A DNA stretch of 64,000 nt from NCBI GenBank assembly GCA_034439575.1, contig JAWXAQ010000002.1, positions 160,001-224,000 of the forward strand, read 5' to 3'. The DNA is from Leptospira sp. GTDB taxonomy: Bacteria > Spirochaetota > Leptospiria > Leptospirales > Leptospiraceae. The stretch's first letter is position 1. Every line of letters starts with the position of its first letter. The translations under genes were made by a program, and so were the position numbers. Under the pieces are notes generated by a model. It was not told the DNA's origin. It saw nothing but the letters and a program-made list of their open reading frames with translations, and did no database searches. Shown here one piece after another: positions 9,932-19,838 of the stretch.

Positions 9932-10366
9932 ATGAGCGAAATTATAGATATTCTATCAGCAATAAATATCCCGATTCAGGATGCGATTTTATTAGAGAAG
10001 GCATTGGATAAAAAATATGTTGCCTTACATGGTTTTCCTCCCATAGAATGGGACAAGGCCATCATGATTCCTATGCAAATAGAACAAATCAAGTCTAGCG
10101 AACGTATTGAATCCCTTCGAGTCCAAATGGATTCACGATTTCGCGAAGTAGAAAACCGCCTTGATACCATGAATGAAAAAATGGATTCAAGATTTCGCGA
10201 GGTAGAAAATCGTCTTGATACCATGAATGAAAAAATGGACGCCAGGTTTTCTGCCTACGATTTAAAATTTGCAGCCATAGATGATAAGTTTCGCATTCTT
10301 ATGTGGATGAATGGAATTTTAATGGCGATGGCGTTTGCTATTTTTAGTAAGACCTTTTTGACATAG
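9932..10366 (+). CDS. Coiled-coil repeat protein with C-terminal TM anchor (DUF1640/Bdr-like architecture)
   Basis: 18-aa repeats MDSRFREVENRLDTMNEK, then a hydrophobic C-terminal helix; GAGG RBS. Confidence 0.7.
   Translation: MSEIIDILSAINIPIQDAILLEKALDKKYVALHGFPPIEWDKAIMIPMQIEQIKSSERIESLRVQMDSRFREVENRLDTMNEKMDSRFREVENRLDTMNEKMDARFSAYDLKFAAIDDKFRILMWMNGILMAMAFAIFSKTFLT
10127..10249 (+). repeat. 54-bp in-frame tandem repeat (2 full copies plus a partial)
   Basis: Copies start at 10127, 10181 and 10235. The full copies differ only at synonymous positions. Confidence 0.9.
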
Positions 10367-10397
10367 TGAATATTTTTTCGATATATGCGAAGAGCTA

Positions 10398-10435
10398 ACC
10401 TACTTTAGCTGAGAATAAATACGCTAAGAGTAGGT
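10398..10435. terminator. Hairpin between convergent genes
   Basis: ACCTACTTTAGC ... GCTAAGAGTAGGT imperfect inverted repeat. Confidence 0.5.
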
Positions 10436-10467
10436 AGATTTGTAAAAAATGATCATATCACTTCTTA

Positions 10468-11013
10468 TTATTTTTCCATAAGTGTTTTTAAATTAATTAA
10501 ACTTTCTTCCATATTTTTCTCGATAGACTTTTGGTTTCCGAGACAGACATTTACTATAAAACTAACGACTGTCATGGGAAACGTCATTGAATTGTCGTTC
10601 ATTCCCAAAATAACATTTGTTTGTTTTTCATTTAAGGAATTTGTGGTTACATAAGATCTGAATTTACCTTCGAATGGTTTTTTAAAACGTATCTCTGTAT
10701 CTAACAATTGTCCATCGACAATTTTTATAATTTCTTGCTCTGCCGTTCCAACTTCATCATTATTACTTTCCCATGCAGAAATAAATCCCACAGTTCCATC
10801 ATTGCCCTTATACATTTTTTTCATTGATGGATCAATTTTTGACCATGCATCCCACTGTTCATGATTCTTTAAAAATTTTAAGTGAGCGAAGATTTCTGAA
10901 TTCGGTTTGTTAATTATAATTTCTTTTTCTATTTTGAATTCTTTTGGTGCCATCAACGTTAAAATCCCAATTAAAACCAATAGACTTGTCATGATTCCTA
11001 AAAATATTTTCAT
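10468..11013 (-). CDS. SRPBCC/polyketide-cyclase-like protein
   Basis: N-terminal TM; IEKEIIINKP, WDAW...DP, GTVG..SAWES, IRFKKPF. Confidence 0.85.
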   Translation of the reverse strand: MKIFLGIMTSLLVLIGILTLMAPKEFKIEKEIIINKPNSEIFAHLKFLKNHEQWDAWSKIDPSMKKMYKGNDGTVGFISAWESNNDEVGTAEQEIIKIVDGQLLDTEIRFKKPFEGKFRSYVTTNSLNEKQTNVILGMNDNSMTFPMTVVSFIVNVCLGNQKSIEKNMEESLINLKTLMEK

Positions 11014-11143
11014 AATTTTTACTCCTTGTTAAATTATAGAATTAATATAATTGAACATTGAAAATTCAATGAAAATTTGTTCTATTATCATTTTCATATA
11101 AATGCAGTGATATATAGCTTAACAAATAGACATTGATCAATGT

Positions 11144-12730
11144 TCAATAACTTCCGCCACTTCCTCCCCCACCTGAAGAACCACCACCGAAACTTCCACC
11201 GCCACCGCCGCCACCACTAGAAGATCCACTACCGGAACTACTTCTTTGTTTTTTCGGTATTTTGAGAGTTTCTGTTTCTTTATGTTTGCAATGTTCGCAA
11301 ACACGATCCACTTTCACTTGCCCCGCCGAACTATAAGTAGCTGCACTGAGTATCTTACTCGATTTACAAACAAAAGTTTCAAATTTACATTCTGGGCAAT
11401 GGACAACCTTTTTGAAGGAAACTCCTTTCGATATATAAGTTGGATCCAAATTTTTAAAAGGAATGATTTGATTGGCATTACAATTTTCACAAACCCAAAC
11501 ATCATAATCTTTAGATTTAACAATTTCTTCCGCAATTTGACCTTTCGATAAATGTTTATCATCGTTTTCTTCGTTTAGGCGGATCATAACCGAATTGCAT
11601 TCGTTACATTTTCTAGGTATTTTTCGTATTAATGTTAATTGCTGTATCAATCGTTCGACTCGTTTTCCCCCAAAAAAGATAGTATGAAGGATGTAAGATG
11701 CAAAAATGATAAAAATACTTCCAGGTATAGCATCATCGTCAAAAAGATGATTTATAAGTAATACAATCAGAAATATTGGAAAGAATACCGTGCTGTAATA
11801 TAAGGGAAAATCAGTAATTCGTAACCAATGGTATTTGAAAGTTGGCGAAGGGATTATCCATCCAAGAAATTTTTGTAAAACAAATAATCCAATTAAAAAT
11901 GTAATATATCCAATGATTAAATTAATTTTGATTTGTTGGGATTTTTCCTTTAATTTTCTCTCTATTTCTTCATTTCTTTCGGTTAATAATTTATTTTCAT
12001 CATCTGTTAAAAAATAATTTGGTGTTATGTTGTAAGTATCAATTATTTTAGAAAATATTTTTACTTCTTCGTCTGTTAGTTGTGAATACGATTTACCTTG
12101 GAAATCATACTCATCAGTTCTTTTAAATATTTCTGGATTTTGTGCTTCGCTTTGGTTCTGTTCGTCGGAAGGAGCATTGACTAATTCAGATATATCTTTG
12201 CTCGGATTTTCTAATTTTGCGATGATAGCGAGTACAGTTTCTAAATGTCCCTTTGAAAAATTATCCTCTTTGAAAGAAGGAATTGTATATGTATCAATGA
12301 TTCGTTTTACTACGACATCGGGTAGATCACCTTCTAATCCATATCCAATTTCTATTTCTACTCGTCTTTGATCCATAACATGAAGAATTAAAATTCCATT
12401 ATCTTTTCCTTTTTTACCTATCCCCCAATGATTGAAAAGAGCGACAACAAAATCTTTTGGCACATAACTTTGAATTGATGGAAGTGTAACAATTGCAATT
12501 TCTACACCGGTTTTAGCTTCAAAATTATTTATAATTATATCTATCTCGGATGCATTTTGAAGGATATTGGCAGAATCTTGAATCCAGCTATTATTTGTTA
12601 TGCGTGGATTCGGAATTTCGGAAATTAATGTATCTATTCCTTTTTCAGTATCTGAGCAGGAAGAAACTAAGAACATTAACAATAGTATAGAATTAAGAAT
12701 TAAATATTTTTTTATAAAGATTCGTTTCAA
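11144..12730 (-). CDS. TPM-domain lipoprotein/membrane protein with Zn-ribbon motifs and Gly/Ser tail
   Basis: WGIGKKGKDNGILIL and IEIGYGLEGDLPD; three TM helices; four CxxC pairs; GGGSFGGGSSGGGG tail. Confidence 0.9.
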   Translation of the reverse strand: MKRIFIKKYLILNSILLLMFLVSSCSDTEKGIDTLISEIPNPRITNNSWIQDSANILQNASEIDIIINNFEAKTGVEIAIVTLPSIQSYVPKDFVVALFNHWGIGKKGKDNGILILHVMDQRRVEIEIGYGLEGDLPDVVVKRIIDTYTIPSFKEDNFSKGHLETVLAIIAKLENPSKDISELVNAPSDEQNQSEAQNPEIFKRTDEYDFQGKSYSQLTDEEVKIFSKIIDTYNITPNYFLTDDENKLLTERNEEIERKLKEKSQQIKINLIIGYITFLIGLFVLQKFLGWIIPSPTFKYHWLRITDFPLYYSTVFFPIFLIVLLINHLFDDDAIPGSIFIIFASYILHTIFFGGKRVERLIQQLTLIRKIPRKCNECNSVMIRLNEENDDKHLSKGQIAEEIVKSKDYDVWVCENCNANQIIPFKNLDPTYISKGVSFKKVVHCPECKFETFVCKSSKILSAATYSSAGQVKVDRVCEHCKHKETETLKIPKKQRSSSGSGSSSGGGGGGGSFGGGSSGGGGSGGSY

Positions 12731-12802
12731 TTTTTCCCGCCAATATTTATTATATTAAGAAATCTTTATAGTATATAAAAACATGGAGTCAATTGAATTC
12801 TT

Positions 12803-12910
12803 GGGGGTTTCCCCGCCACTGATCCGAATGTTTTGGCGGGGTCGTGCTTTCCGTTACAATCTTTTTGGCCCCAATTGCCCAAAAAGGATTTCCAACCAAT
12901 CCCTAACCCA
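12803..12910 (+). ncRNA. Flavo-1-like structured RNA/repeat element
   Basis: GGGTT/AACCC closing stem, CCCCGCCA/TGGCGGGG stem, core GGTCGTGCTTTCCGTTAC, AATCTTTTTGG/CCAAAAAGGATT stem, 3' AATCCCTAACCC. Matches my recollection of the Flavo-1 motif architecture. Confidence 0.65.
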
Positions 12911-12922
12911 TATAAATTACCT

Positions 12923-14233
12923 GTGAACCAAACTGAATCAAAACTTCACCGTACGCTTGGTCCTATCCACTTATGGGGCATCGCTGTGGGACTTGTCATT
13001 TCTGGCGATTATTTTGGTTGGAACTTTGGATGGTCGGTGGCTAGGTTTTGGGAATTTGCTATAGCTGTTGGCATTATCGCCATATTTTATATTTGTTTCG
13101 CCTTGTGTTTTACTGAACTTGCCTCGAGCATTCCGCACGCAAGTGGCCCTTCGGCTTATGCAGACGCAGCCCTCGGACGGTGGGGCGGATTTATTTCAGG
13201 TTATTTTGTTCTTTGTGAATTTGCCTTGGCTCCGCCTGCCATCGCATCCGCATTAGGTGGCTATTTCCATTTTCTAATTCCTATCATTCCAGTTTTTTGG
13301 GCTTCCTTTGGATTTTTTATCCTCTTGGTCCTAGTAAATTTGTTTGGTGTTAAACAAACAGCAAGGTTTGAATTATTTGTCACTGTTGTTGCTGTCATTG
13401 GTTTATTGATTTATTTAGGTGCCTTATTACCATACTTTTCATTTTCAAAATTTCCGAAATGGTTAGGTTTCGACTCATTATCCTTAAGTGAACTTTTTGA
13501 ATCCATTCCTTTCGCGATTTGGTTCTTTTTGGCTGTGGAAGGTGTTGCCATGGCGGCAGAAGAGGTTAAAAATCCCAAACGTGATATTCCACTTGGATAT
13601 GCATTGGGAATCGGGACTTTGATTTTTCTCGCCTGTTCTGTGTTTGTTGTGACAGCTGGCGTGGTTCCGACGATAGAAATTTCAGAACTTGAGTATCCAC
13701 TATCTTATGTGTTAACAAAATATTATGGTAGCGAATCTATTATCACAAAGATTTTCACCTTTATCGGGTTATTCGGACTAATTGCTTCATTATTTGGAAT
13801 CTTACTCGGTTATTCACGCTTGGTATATGCATTGTCAGTAACAAATTTTCTTCCCAGGTTTTTATCACAGATTGAAAGGAAACGACTCGTACCAAGAAAC
13901 GCTGTTCTCTCAGGGGGAGTGATCGGAATTATATGTTTACTTATCGGAAATACGGCAGAGCTCATTACTGCAAGTGCATTAGGGGCATGCGGTATGTATT
14001 TGATTAGTATGGTTTCCTATTTTATTTTGAAAAAGAATGAACCCCATAGGGATCGTCCGTACAAAGCCCCGTTCTATCCTGTGTTACCTGGCATTGCACT
14101 AATATTGGGTTTGGTGGCATTTTTTGCTGTTGCCTATAGCAACCCTTTTGTGGCAAGTCTCGTCGGCGGTGGCTTTCTTGCATCTGTTATATTGTACTCT
14201 TTCACTTACCACTATCGCAAAAATATTCCGTGA
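12923..14233 (+). CDS. eat: Ethanolamine permease-like APC amino acid transporter
   Basis: LWGIAVGLVISGDYFGWNFG and IPFAIWFFLAVEGVAMAAEE signatures; about 12 TM. GTG at 12923 is preferred because the ORF-track start lies inside the RNA element. Confidence 0.85.
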   Translation: MNQTESKLHRTLGPIHLWGIAVGLVISGDYFGWNFGWSVARFWEFAIAVGIIAIFYICFALCFTELASSIPHASGPSAYADAALGRWGGFISGYFVLCEFALAPPAIASALGGYFHFLIPIIPVFWASFGFFILLVLVNLFGVKQTARFELFVTVVAVIGLLIYLGALLPYFSFSKFPKWLGFDSLSLSELFESIPFAIWFFLAVEGVAMAAEEVKNPKRDIPLGYALGIGTLIFLACSVFVVTAGVVPTIEISELEYPLSYVLTKYYGSESIITKIFTFIGLFGLIASLFGILLGYSRLVYALSVTNFLPRFLSQIERKRLVPRNAVLSGGVIGIICLLIGNTAELITASALGACGMYLISMVSYFILKKNEPHRDRPYKAPFYPVLPGIALILGLVAFFAVAYSNPFVASLVGGGFLASVILYSFTYHYRKNIP

Positions 14234-14305
14234 ATTGAAATATTTCTTTACGGATAGTTATACTCCTAACAAAAATTAGCATAGATTCTCGTTATATGTG
14301 GAAAT

Positions 14306-17300
14306 ATGAATATGCTAATAAAATTACCGGCGTTTACTTATTTGTTATTATTGATTGGATTTTCTTTCCTCCAATGTAAAGAAAAAACCCCCTCGGCTAA
14401 TTCATCTTTTGTGGCAGTTCTACTTGCCATTGGTGGGGCCACTACCAGTGAAACGTCTGATACATCTAACGGAGAGAGTACGACGGCTACGGTTACTGCA
14501 TCTGGAGGGACCGTTTCCTCTTCGGATGGATCCATTAATCTGCAAATTCCTGCGGGGGCGCTGACTGATACTCGGCAAATCACAATCAGTACAAATTCAG
14601 CTCCTATAGGGAATGTCCCCGAAGGATATGAAATCGTCACAAAAATTTTAAAGTTCGAACCCTCAGGACTTGTCTTTCAAAAACCAGTTACTTTAACTTT
14701 AAATTATGATCAAAAAGATATGGAAGAAGGAGGAATCGAAGAACGGACAGTTCGATTTTTCTATATAAAGAATGACTCAACTTTAGAATCCATGCAGAGA
14801 AATTCTATAGATTTAGCAAATAACAAATTTGTAAGCGAGATCACTCATTTTTCTTTTGGTGCAGGGATTCGTACTCGTATTAAATCTGTTAGTTTAGGAA
14901 TCATAACTTCACCGACTCCTGTAAACAACGTTTCTAACCAATTGATCTCAGATTTAAACAATTTTTCAAATTACGGTTATGGAAGTGTGAGCCAATTCTT
15001 TCAGGCAAACCATTCCACTTTCATTGCATTATTAACTCAAGTAGTTGCTATCCTAGGATATGATCCAATTAGTACTGCGTTTCCGAATGAAGATTTTGAT
15101 GGAGATGGAAATGTCAATTCTGAAGATCCGATCATTCCATCTACTGGCCCACAACTATCGATCGTTTCGACTGGTTCATTGCTTATCAGCCAAAATGCAA
15201 ATGCGATTAACAATAGTCAGTTTATTTGGCAATCAAACAAAGCTGGCACTTATACAATTCGTTCTGGCGGTACAAATTGCACGACAGGAACTTCTGTGGC
15301 TACGGGTTCAACCCACATTGGCAATCAAATAACATTTGGACCATTTTCAGCAACGTCACTAAATCTCGGGACAAATACATTTCGCATCTGTGTAATAAGT
15401 TCAAATATCACGGGTTCAGCTCTACTCACTTTTACTCGTGATGATTCCCTTCCGACGGCGAGTATCAATCCATCGGCCGGGAGTTATGGAACCATCCAAA
15501 ATGTATCACTAGAATGCGGTGATACTGGCGGAGCTGGTTGTTCCAAAATAGCCTACACCATTGACGGATCAAATCCCTCCTTTAGCAATGCATGTAATAT
15601 CGGCATCGGCACTTTGTATTCAACGCCAGTCCAAACACCAGATTCTAGTATAACGACGATTAAATATCGATCCTGTGATTTGGCTGGAAATGTTTCTTCC
15701 GTTTATTCGCAATCGTATACTATAGATTCAATTCTCCCAACGATTACGATCAATTCTGTAACGCCTGGTACGGTGATCAAAGGTTCGATTTCTCCACAAT
15801 TCAATTGGGTTTCCAATAGGGATGGGAATTATACAATCAAAATTGGTACAAATTGTACCACTGGCACACAAGCTCTAGGTACAAATGTGAGTGGCACAGC
15901 AAATTCCGGTTCTGCGATCACTAGCTCTCTTTCTACTGGTTCACAATTAAGCGATGGTTCAAAAAAAATCAATATTTGCGTCACCAATTTGGTCGGTGCT
16001 TATGGTGAGTCGTCGACTACATTAACAGTTGATAGTGTGAATCCAAGTGTATCTGTCTCTCCCGTTTCAGGAATGTATGGTACCCAGCAAACGATTACCG
16101 CGACTTGTTCCGATGCACTTTCTGGTTGCCAGAAGGTAGTTTATACGACAGATGGATCTGATCCTAATGTGGACGATACAGGTACTATAACAAACGGAAC
16201 TCTGTATTCGGGGAGTCTTGCGGCACTCAATTTAGCGTCTGTTACATATAAGTTTTTGGCCCGTGATTTGGCTGGAAATACTTCTTCCATCACAAGTGTC
16301 ACTTATACTCAGCCAGACACGACACCGCCGACAGTTTCAATACAGAATGTTCGTAACAAAGGTCGGATAGAAACAGGTTTTTTGTTAGGTGGATCATCGG
16401 ATAACGAAGCAGTATCTAAAGTCGAAGTTTCATTAGATGGAGGTACCTATGCACTGGCAACAGGAACTACTTCTTGGAAATATAAATTACCTACTGGATC
16501 AAATACTTGGAGGGATGATTCCACACATACCATCAGTGTTAGAAGTGAGGATAGTTCTGGGAATGTTTCTTTGGTCACAAATATTTCCGTCCGCAAAGGA
16601 TTAAATAAAGACATCAATGGCGATGGATATTGTGATTTGGTGATTCAGGGTTATACTACTGAAGCAGGTCGGTTATTTATTTTTCATTCGAGTGGAACAA
16701 ATGGAATCACACAAACAGGCGCATCGGCGGCAAATAATATTATCTCAGGACTAGCTCCTGGAAACGGTTTATCCTTTGGCTTCTATATGAGTATTGGCGA
16801 CTTAAATGGCGATGGATATGCAGATATTGTGTCAGGTGAAAGTAATTATGCATCCAATTCTGGAAGACTTTATATTTTTTATTCTACAGGGACAAATGGG
16901 ATTACTGTTAGTTCCGCCACATCAGCCGATGCCATCATCGAAGGGGAAACGGGAAGTGAATTTGGTTTAATTCCGGCCATAGGTGATTTGAATGGGGATG
17001 GTTATGGGGATATCGTGACTGGGGCTCAGAGATATAATTCGAATTCTGGCCGAGTGTATATTTTTTATTCACCGGGAAGTGGAAATTTCTCTAATATCAA
17101 TGCAACTGCCGCCTCGCAGATTATAGACGCTAATAGCACAAATAATACCCTTGGCGCAAGCGTCGCTACGGGTGATATTAATGGAGATGGATATTCCGAT
17201 TTAGTCGTCGGGGCTCCATCCTTTTCGAGTGCTTCCGGGAGAATTTATGGTTTTATTTCTTCGGGAAGTGGAGGGATAGCAACTAACACAGTAAATAGTG

Positions 17301-17911
17301 GTACATCCTTTGTTTTGGATGGAGAAATTGCCAATAACGCATTGGGTTTTTATGTGAATACTGGAGATATGAATGGCGATGGCTATATGGATGTGATTTC
17401 AGGATCGCCTACCTATGACAATAGCAAAGGACGAGCCTATGTCTTTCATTCCAATGGAAGTTCTGGAATTAACTCCCTCGGTGCGGCATCAGCTAACTCT
17501 ATAATTACAGGCGAAGTTAATAGCGGATTATTAGCGTATAGGAATAGCGTTGGGGATATCAATGGGGATGGTTATACTGATCTAATCACTGGAGCTTATA
17601 TAGTTAACAAGGGATATGCGTTTTTATCGGCTGGAAGTAGTGGGATCACTATTACCAGTGCCGCAAACGCCTCTACTCGATTAAATTGTGATACAAATAC
17701 AACTTTTGCGAATACGACAGGCGGTTTCGATTTGAATGGGGATGGATTTTATGATATGGTTGTGAGCGAGATTGGAGCCCCAAATGGAGGCGCTGTGCAA
17801 ATTTTTTATTCTTCTGGAGCTGGGGGAGTAACAGCCACAAATAAATCTGGAGCTTCGAGAACTATTTCTGGGGATAATCTAGGAAATGGTTTTGGAAGAG
17901 TCGCAAGGTAA
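14306..17911 (+). CDS. Large surface lipoprotein: ZU5-like, Ig/Fn3-associated repeats, FG-GAP beta-propeller
   Basis: Lipobox FLQC; GGTVSS...IPAGAL...FEPSGLVFQKPVTL; two YTxDGSxP modules; about 7 D(I/L/M)NGDG(Y/F)xD repeats. Confidence 0.85.
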   Translation: MNMLIKLPAFTYLLLLIGFSFLQCKEKTPSANSSFVAVLLAIGGATTSETSDTSNGESTTATVTASGGTVSSSDGSINLQIPAGALTDTRQITISTNSAPIGNVPEGYEIVTKILKFEPSGLVFQKPVTLTLNYDQKDMEEGGIEERTVRFFYIKNDSTLESMQRNSIDLANNKFVSEITHFSFGAGIRTRIKSVSLGIITSPTPVNNVSNQLISDLNNFSNYGYGSVSQFFQANHSTFIALLTQVVAILGYDPISTAFPNEDFDGDGNVNSEDPIIPSTGPQLSIVSTGSLLISQNANAINNSQFIWQSNKAGTYTIRSGGTNCTTGTSVATGSTHIGNQITFGPFSATSLNLGTNTFRICVISSNITGSALLTFTRDDSLPTASINPSAGSYGTIQNVSLECGDTGGAGCSKIAYTIDGSNPSFSNACNIGIGTLYSTPVQTPDSSITTIKYRSCDLAGNVSSVYSQSYTIDSILPTITINSVTPGTVIKGSISPQFNWVSNRDGNYTIKIGTNCTTGTQALGTNVSGTANSGSAITSSLSTGSQLSDGSKKINICVTNLVGAYGESSTTLTVDSVNPSVSVSPVSGMYGTQQTITATCSDALSGCQKVVYTTDGSDPNVDDTGTITNGTLYSGSLAALNLASVTYKFLARDLAGNTSSITSVTYTQPDTTPPTVSIQNVRNKGRIETGFLLGGSSDNEAVSKVEVSLDGGTYALATGTTSWKYKLPTGSNTWRDDSTHTISVRSEDSSGNVSLVTNISVRKGLNKDINGDGYCDLVIQGYTTEAGRLFIFHSSGTNGITQTGASAANNIISGLAPGNGLSFGFYMSIGDLNGDGYADIVSGESNYASNSGRLYIFYSTGTNGITVSSATSADAIIEGETGSEFGLIPAIGDLNGDGYGDIVTGAQRYNSNSGRVYIFYSPGSGNFSNINATAASQIIDANSTNNTLGASVATGDINGDGYSDLVVGAPSFSSASGRIYGFISSGSGGIATNTVNSGTSFVLDGEIANNALGFYVNTGDMNGDGYMDVISGSPTYDNSKGRAYVFHSNGSSGINSLGAASANSIITGEVNSGLLAYRNSVGDINGDGYTDLITGAYIVNKGYAFLSAGSSGITITSAANASTRLNCDTNTTFANTTGGFDLNGDGFYDMVVSEIGAPNGGAVQIFYSSGAGGVTATNKSGASRTISGDNLGNGFGRVAR

Positions 17912-17979
17912 GAAATAATTGTTGCTACACGACATGTAGATCTCCTTCAAATCAACTAATGACATTGGTGCTCAATTTG

Positions 17980-18798
17980 TTATGGGTTATTAGTTGTGAA
18001 AGAAAATGAGAATGGTATCAATCCATTTCCTACTAAATCTCGAATTCCATTCCCGAATGAAATAGTGTAAGGTGTGCCTGCACTCGAGTTTAATATAGTT
18101 ATAGCTACCGAATTTGACGATGGTGTTAATTGTAAGCTGGCAACTGGACTACTCGAGATATTACTTGAAGTCAATGTGCCTTGGTCAATATTTTCACTAA
18201 AAGAGACTGAAACAAAAGTATCGTATGTTGATCCATTGAAAACCATATTATGTGGATTGGTCCCATTCGCAGGTGTCGAAGATGTGATCGTAGGTGCCAC
18301 AGTTTCTGTCTCCGCCAGAGTCACGGTCGCCCCTAGTTCATGACTAACAAGACTTGCCACTTGGAACTGGGCATCAGAACTAATCACCGATGAAACAGTG
18401 TTTGTCGAACTCACAGTGAGAGTAATGGTACCTAAACTCGTTCCGTTAGAAGAGGTTACATTAAAGATAAAAACACCAGGGCGGAGTTTTAATAAAAATC
18501 TTCCATTTGCATTTGCTCGGTAAGTGGTAGAAACTGCTTCTGCACGAAGGGATGAGGATGTAGCGAGTGTTAATGTGGGATTAGCGAGATTTGAACCATT
18601 GGTACTCTTGATTTGACCCTCTACTTGCATGGTCGCATCATTGGAAGTTGAAGGAGCTGTTGGTGACAAAGCTAATAATCCCAAAGAACTTGAACTATCC
18701 TTTGCTTCCTCTGGAACTAACAATTGATTTACGAAGGGATTGTAATAACAACCCACAAAAGGTAGGACGAAAGATAAAATTAATAATTTAAGTTTCAT
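17980..18798 (-). CDS. Lipoprotein with C-terminal bacterial Ig-like (Big_5-type) domain
   Basis: Lipobox VGC followed by YYNP; APTITSSTPANG, VSFSENID, GIRDLVGNGL...FSFTT. Confidence 0.8.
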   Translation of the reverse strand: MKLKLLILSFVLPFVGCYYNPFVNQLLVPEEAKDSSSSLGLLALSPTAPSTSNDATMQVEGQIKSTNGSNLANPTLTLATSSSLRAEAVSTTYRANANGRFLLKLRPGVFIFNVTSSNGTSLGTITLTVSSTNTVSSVISSDAQFQVASLVSHELGATVTLAETETVAPTITSSTPANGTNPHNMVFNGSTYDTFVSVSFSENIDQGTLTSSNISSSPVASLQLTPSSNSVAITILNSSAGTPYTISFGNGIRDLVGNGLIPFSFSFTTNNP

Positions 18799-18816
18799 AA
18801 TGTTTCCTTCCCTTAT

Positions 18817-19665
18817 TTACTTCGGTTTTCTCGATTTCTCCATCTCTTTCAATTCGCTTTCTAAAAGTTCCAATTCCACTTTTTCTTGTATACTTTCAAT
18901 TTCTTGCTGAGTTTTGATTTCGCTAACTGCGGAGTCTTTGATCTGGTTGAGTTCTTTTTCAGAAATCAAACGATACCCTTCCCCTTCACATGTTTCTATG
19001 ATAAGTGTCTTTCTTGTGATTGTGATAAGAAAACCACCGAGTAAGGTGATCGCCATATCAGTATAAGTCGATTTTTGTGAAATACGCATTGGCTTTCCGT
19101 CTTTAGGAAGGAGGCCTGTCAAATTTGGTTCTCTAAATCGTAAGGCACCAAATAACCAAAAGTATTCAGGATATTCTGAGTATGGTGTACATTTCTGAGA
19201 AAAACTAGCAAGTGTTATGGATTGACTAGGGTTTGGTGAACCTAGTATAAATGAATCGCGAAGTGTGGATTTAACAGCGACTCCCCCTGCAGAGGAAGAA
19301 CTTGGATCGCTATTATTTGTGTTTTGCGATTCTGCTTGTTTGGCTAAAAGTTCTTTCCTTTTCTCTTCCATAAGCTTTTGTTTTTCGGCTTCACGTTTTG
19401 TTTCTTCTGCTTTTCTAATTTTTTCTTCTTCGTCAAGTGCGAGGTCACGATAGATAATTTTAAGGACAGATTTTTTGGGTATTACTAGATGTTTACCGTC
19501 AAGAGTATCAACATCCACATGGTCTAGATTTTGCCCAGTCACGGTACCCTTAATGGTTCTTCCTTGTTTGAGCAAAACGGTGTGCGTCGCCATTAACATA
19601 TAACTAGGAAAAACGAAAAAAACGAAAAAAACGAAATTGGGAAGAATGGTTTTATAAGATTTCAT
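18817..19665 (-). CDS. LA_0442/LA_0875 N-terminal-domain type exported protein
   Basis: Signal peptide, then TVLLKQGRTIKGTVTGQN...IPKKSVLKIIY, a coiled coil and a Bor-like YFWLFG segment. Confidence 0.65.
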   Translation of the reverse strand: MKSYKTILPNFVFFVFFVFPSYMLMATHTVLLKQGRTIKGTVTGQNLDHVDVDTLDGKHLVIPKKSVLKIIYRDLALDEEEKIRKAEETKREAEKQKLMEEKRKELLAKQAESQNTNNSDPSSSSAGGVAVKSTLRDSFILGSPNPSQSITLASFSQKCTPYSEYPEYFWLFGALRFREPNLTGLLPKDGKPMRISQKSTYTDMAITLLGGFLITITRKTLIIETCEGEGYRLISEKELNQIKDSAVSEIKTQQEIESIQEKVELELLESELKEMEKSRKPK

Positions 19666-19838
19666 ATCAGTTTTATCAGTTAAGGTGAATTTTAAAGCGG
19701 AAAGGGTTTTATGGAAAGAAGAAAAGTAGAATCATTCAAATTTTGTGGTAAATCCTAATCAATTTATTACCCAAAATTTGCTACAATGTTCATTCAAAAT
19801 CTATAGATTCTTAATGAACATAATTATGTCAGAAATTT

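Noticed and set aside
10127-10249. Possible CRISPR-like repeat
   Set aside because: No spacers; in-frame coding tandem repeat.
12833-12922. ORF-track N-terminus of the permease
   Set aside because: It runs through the structured element; family similarity begins after the GTG at 12923.
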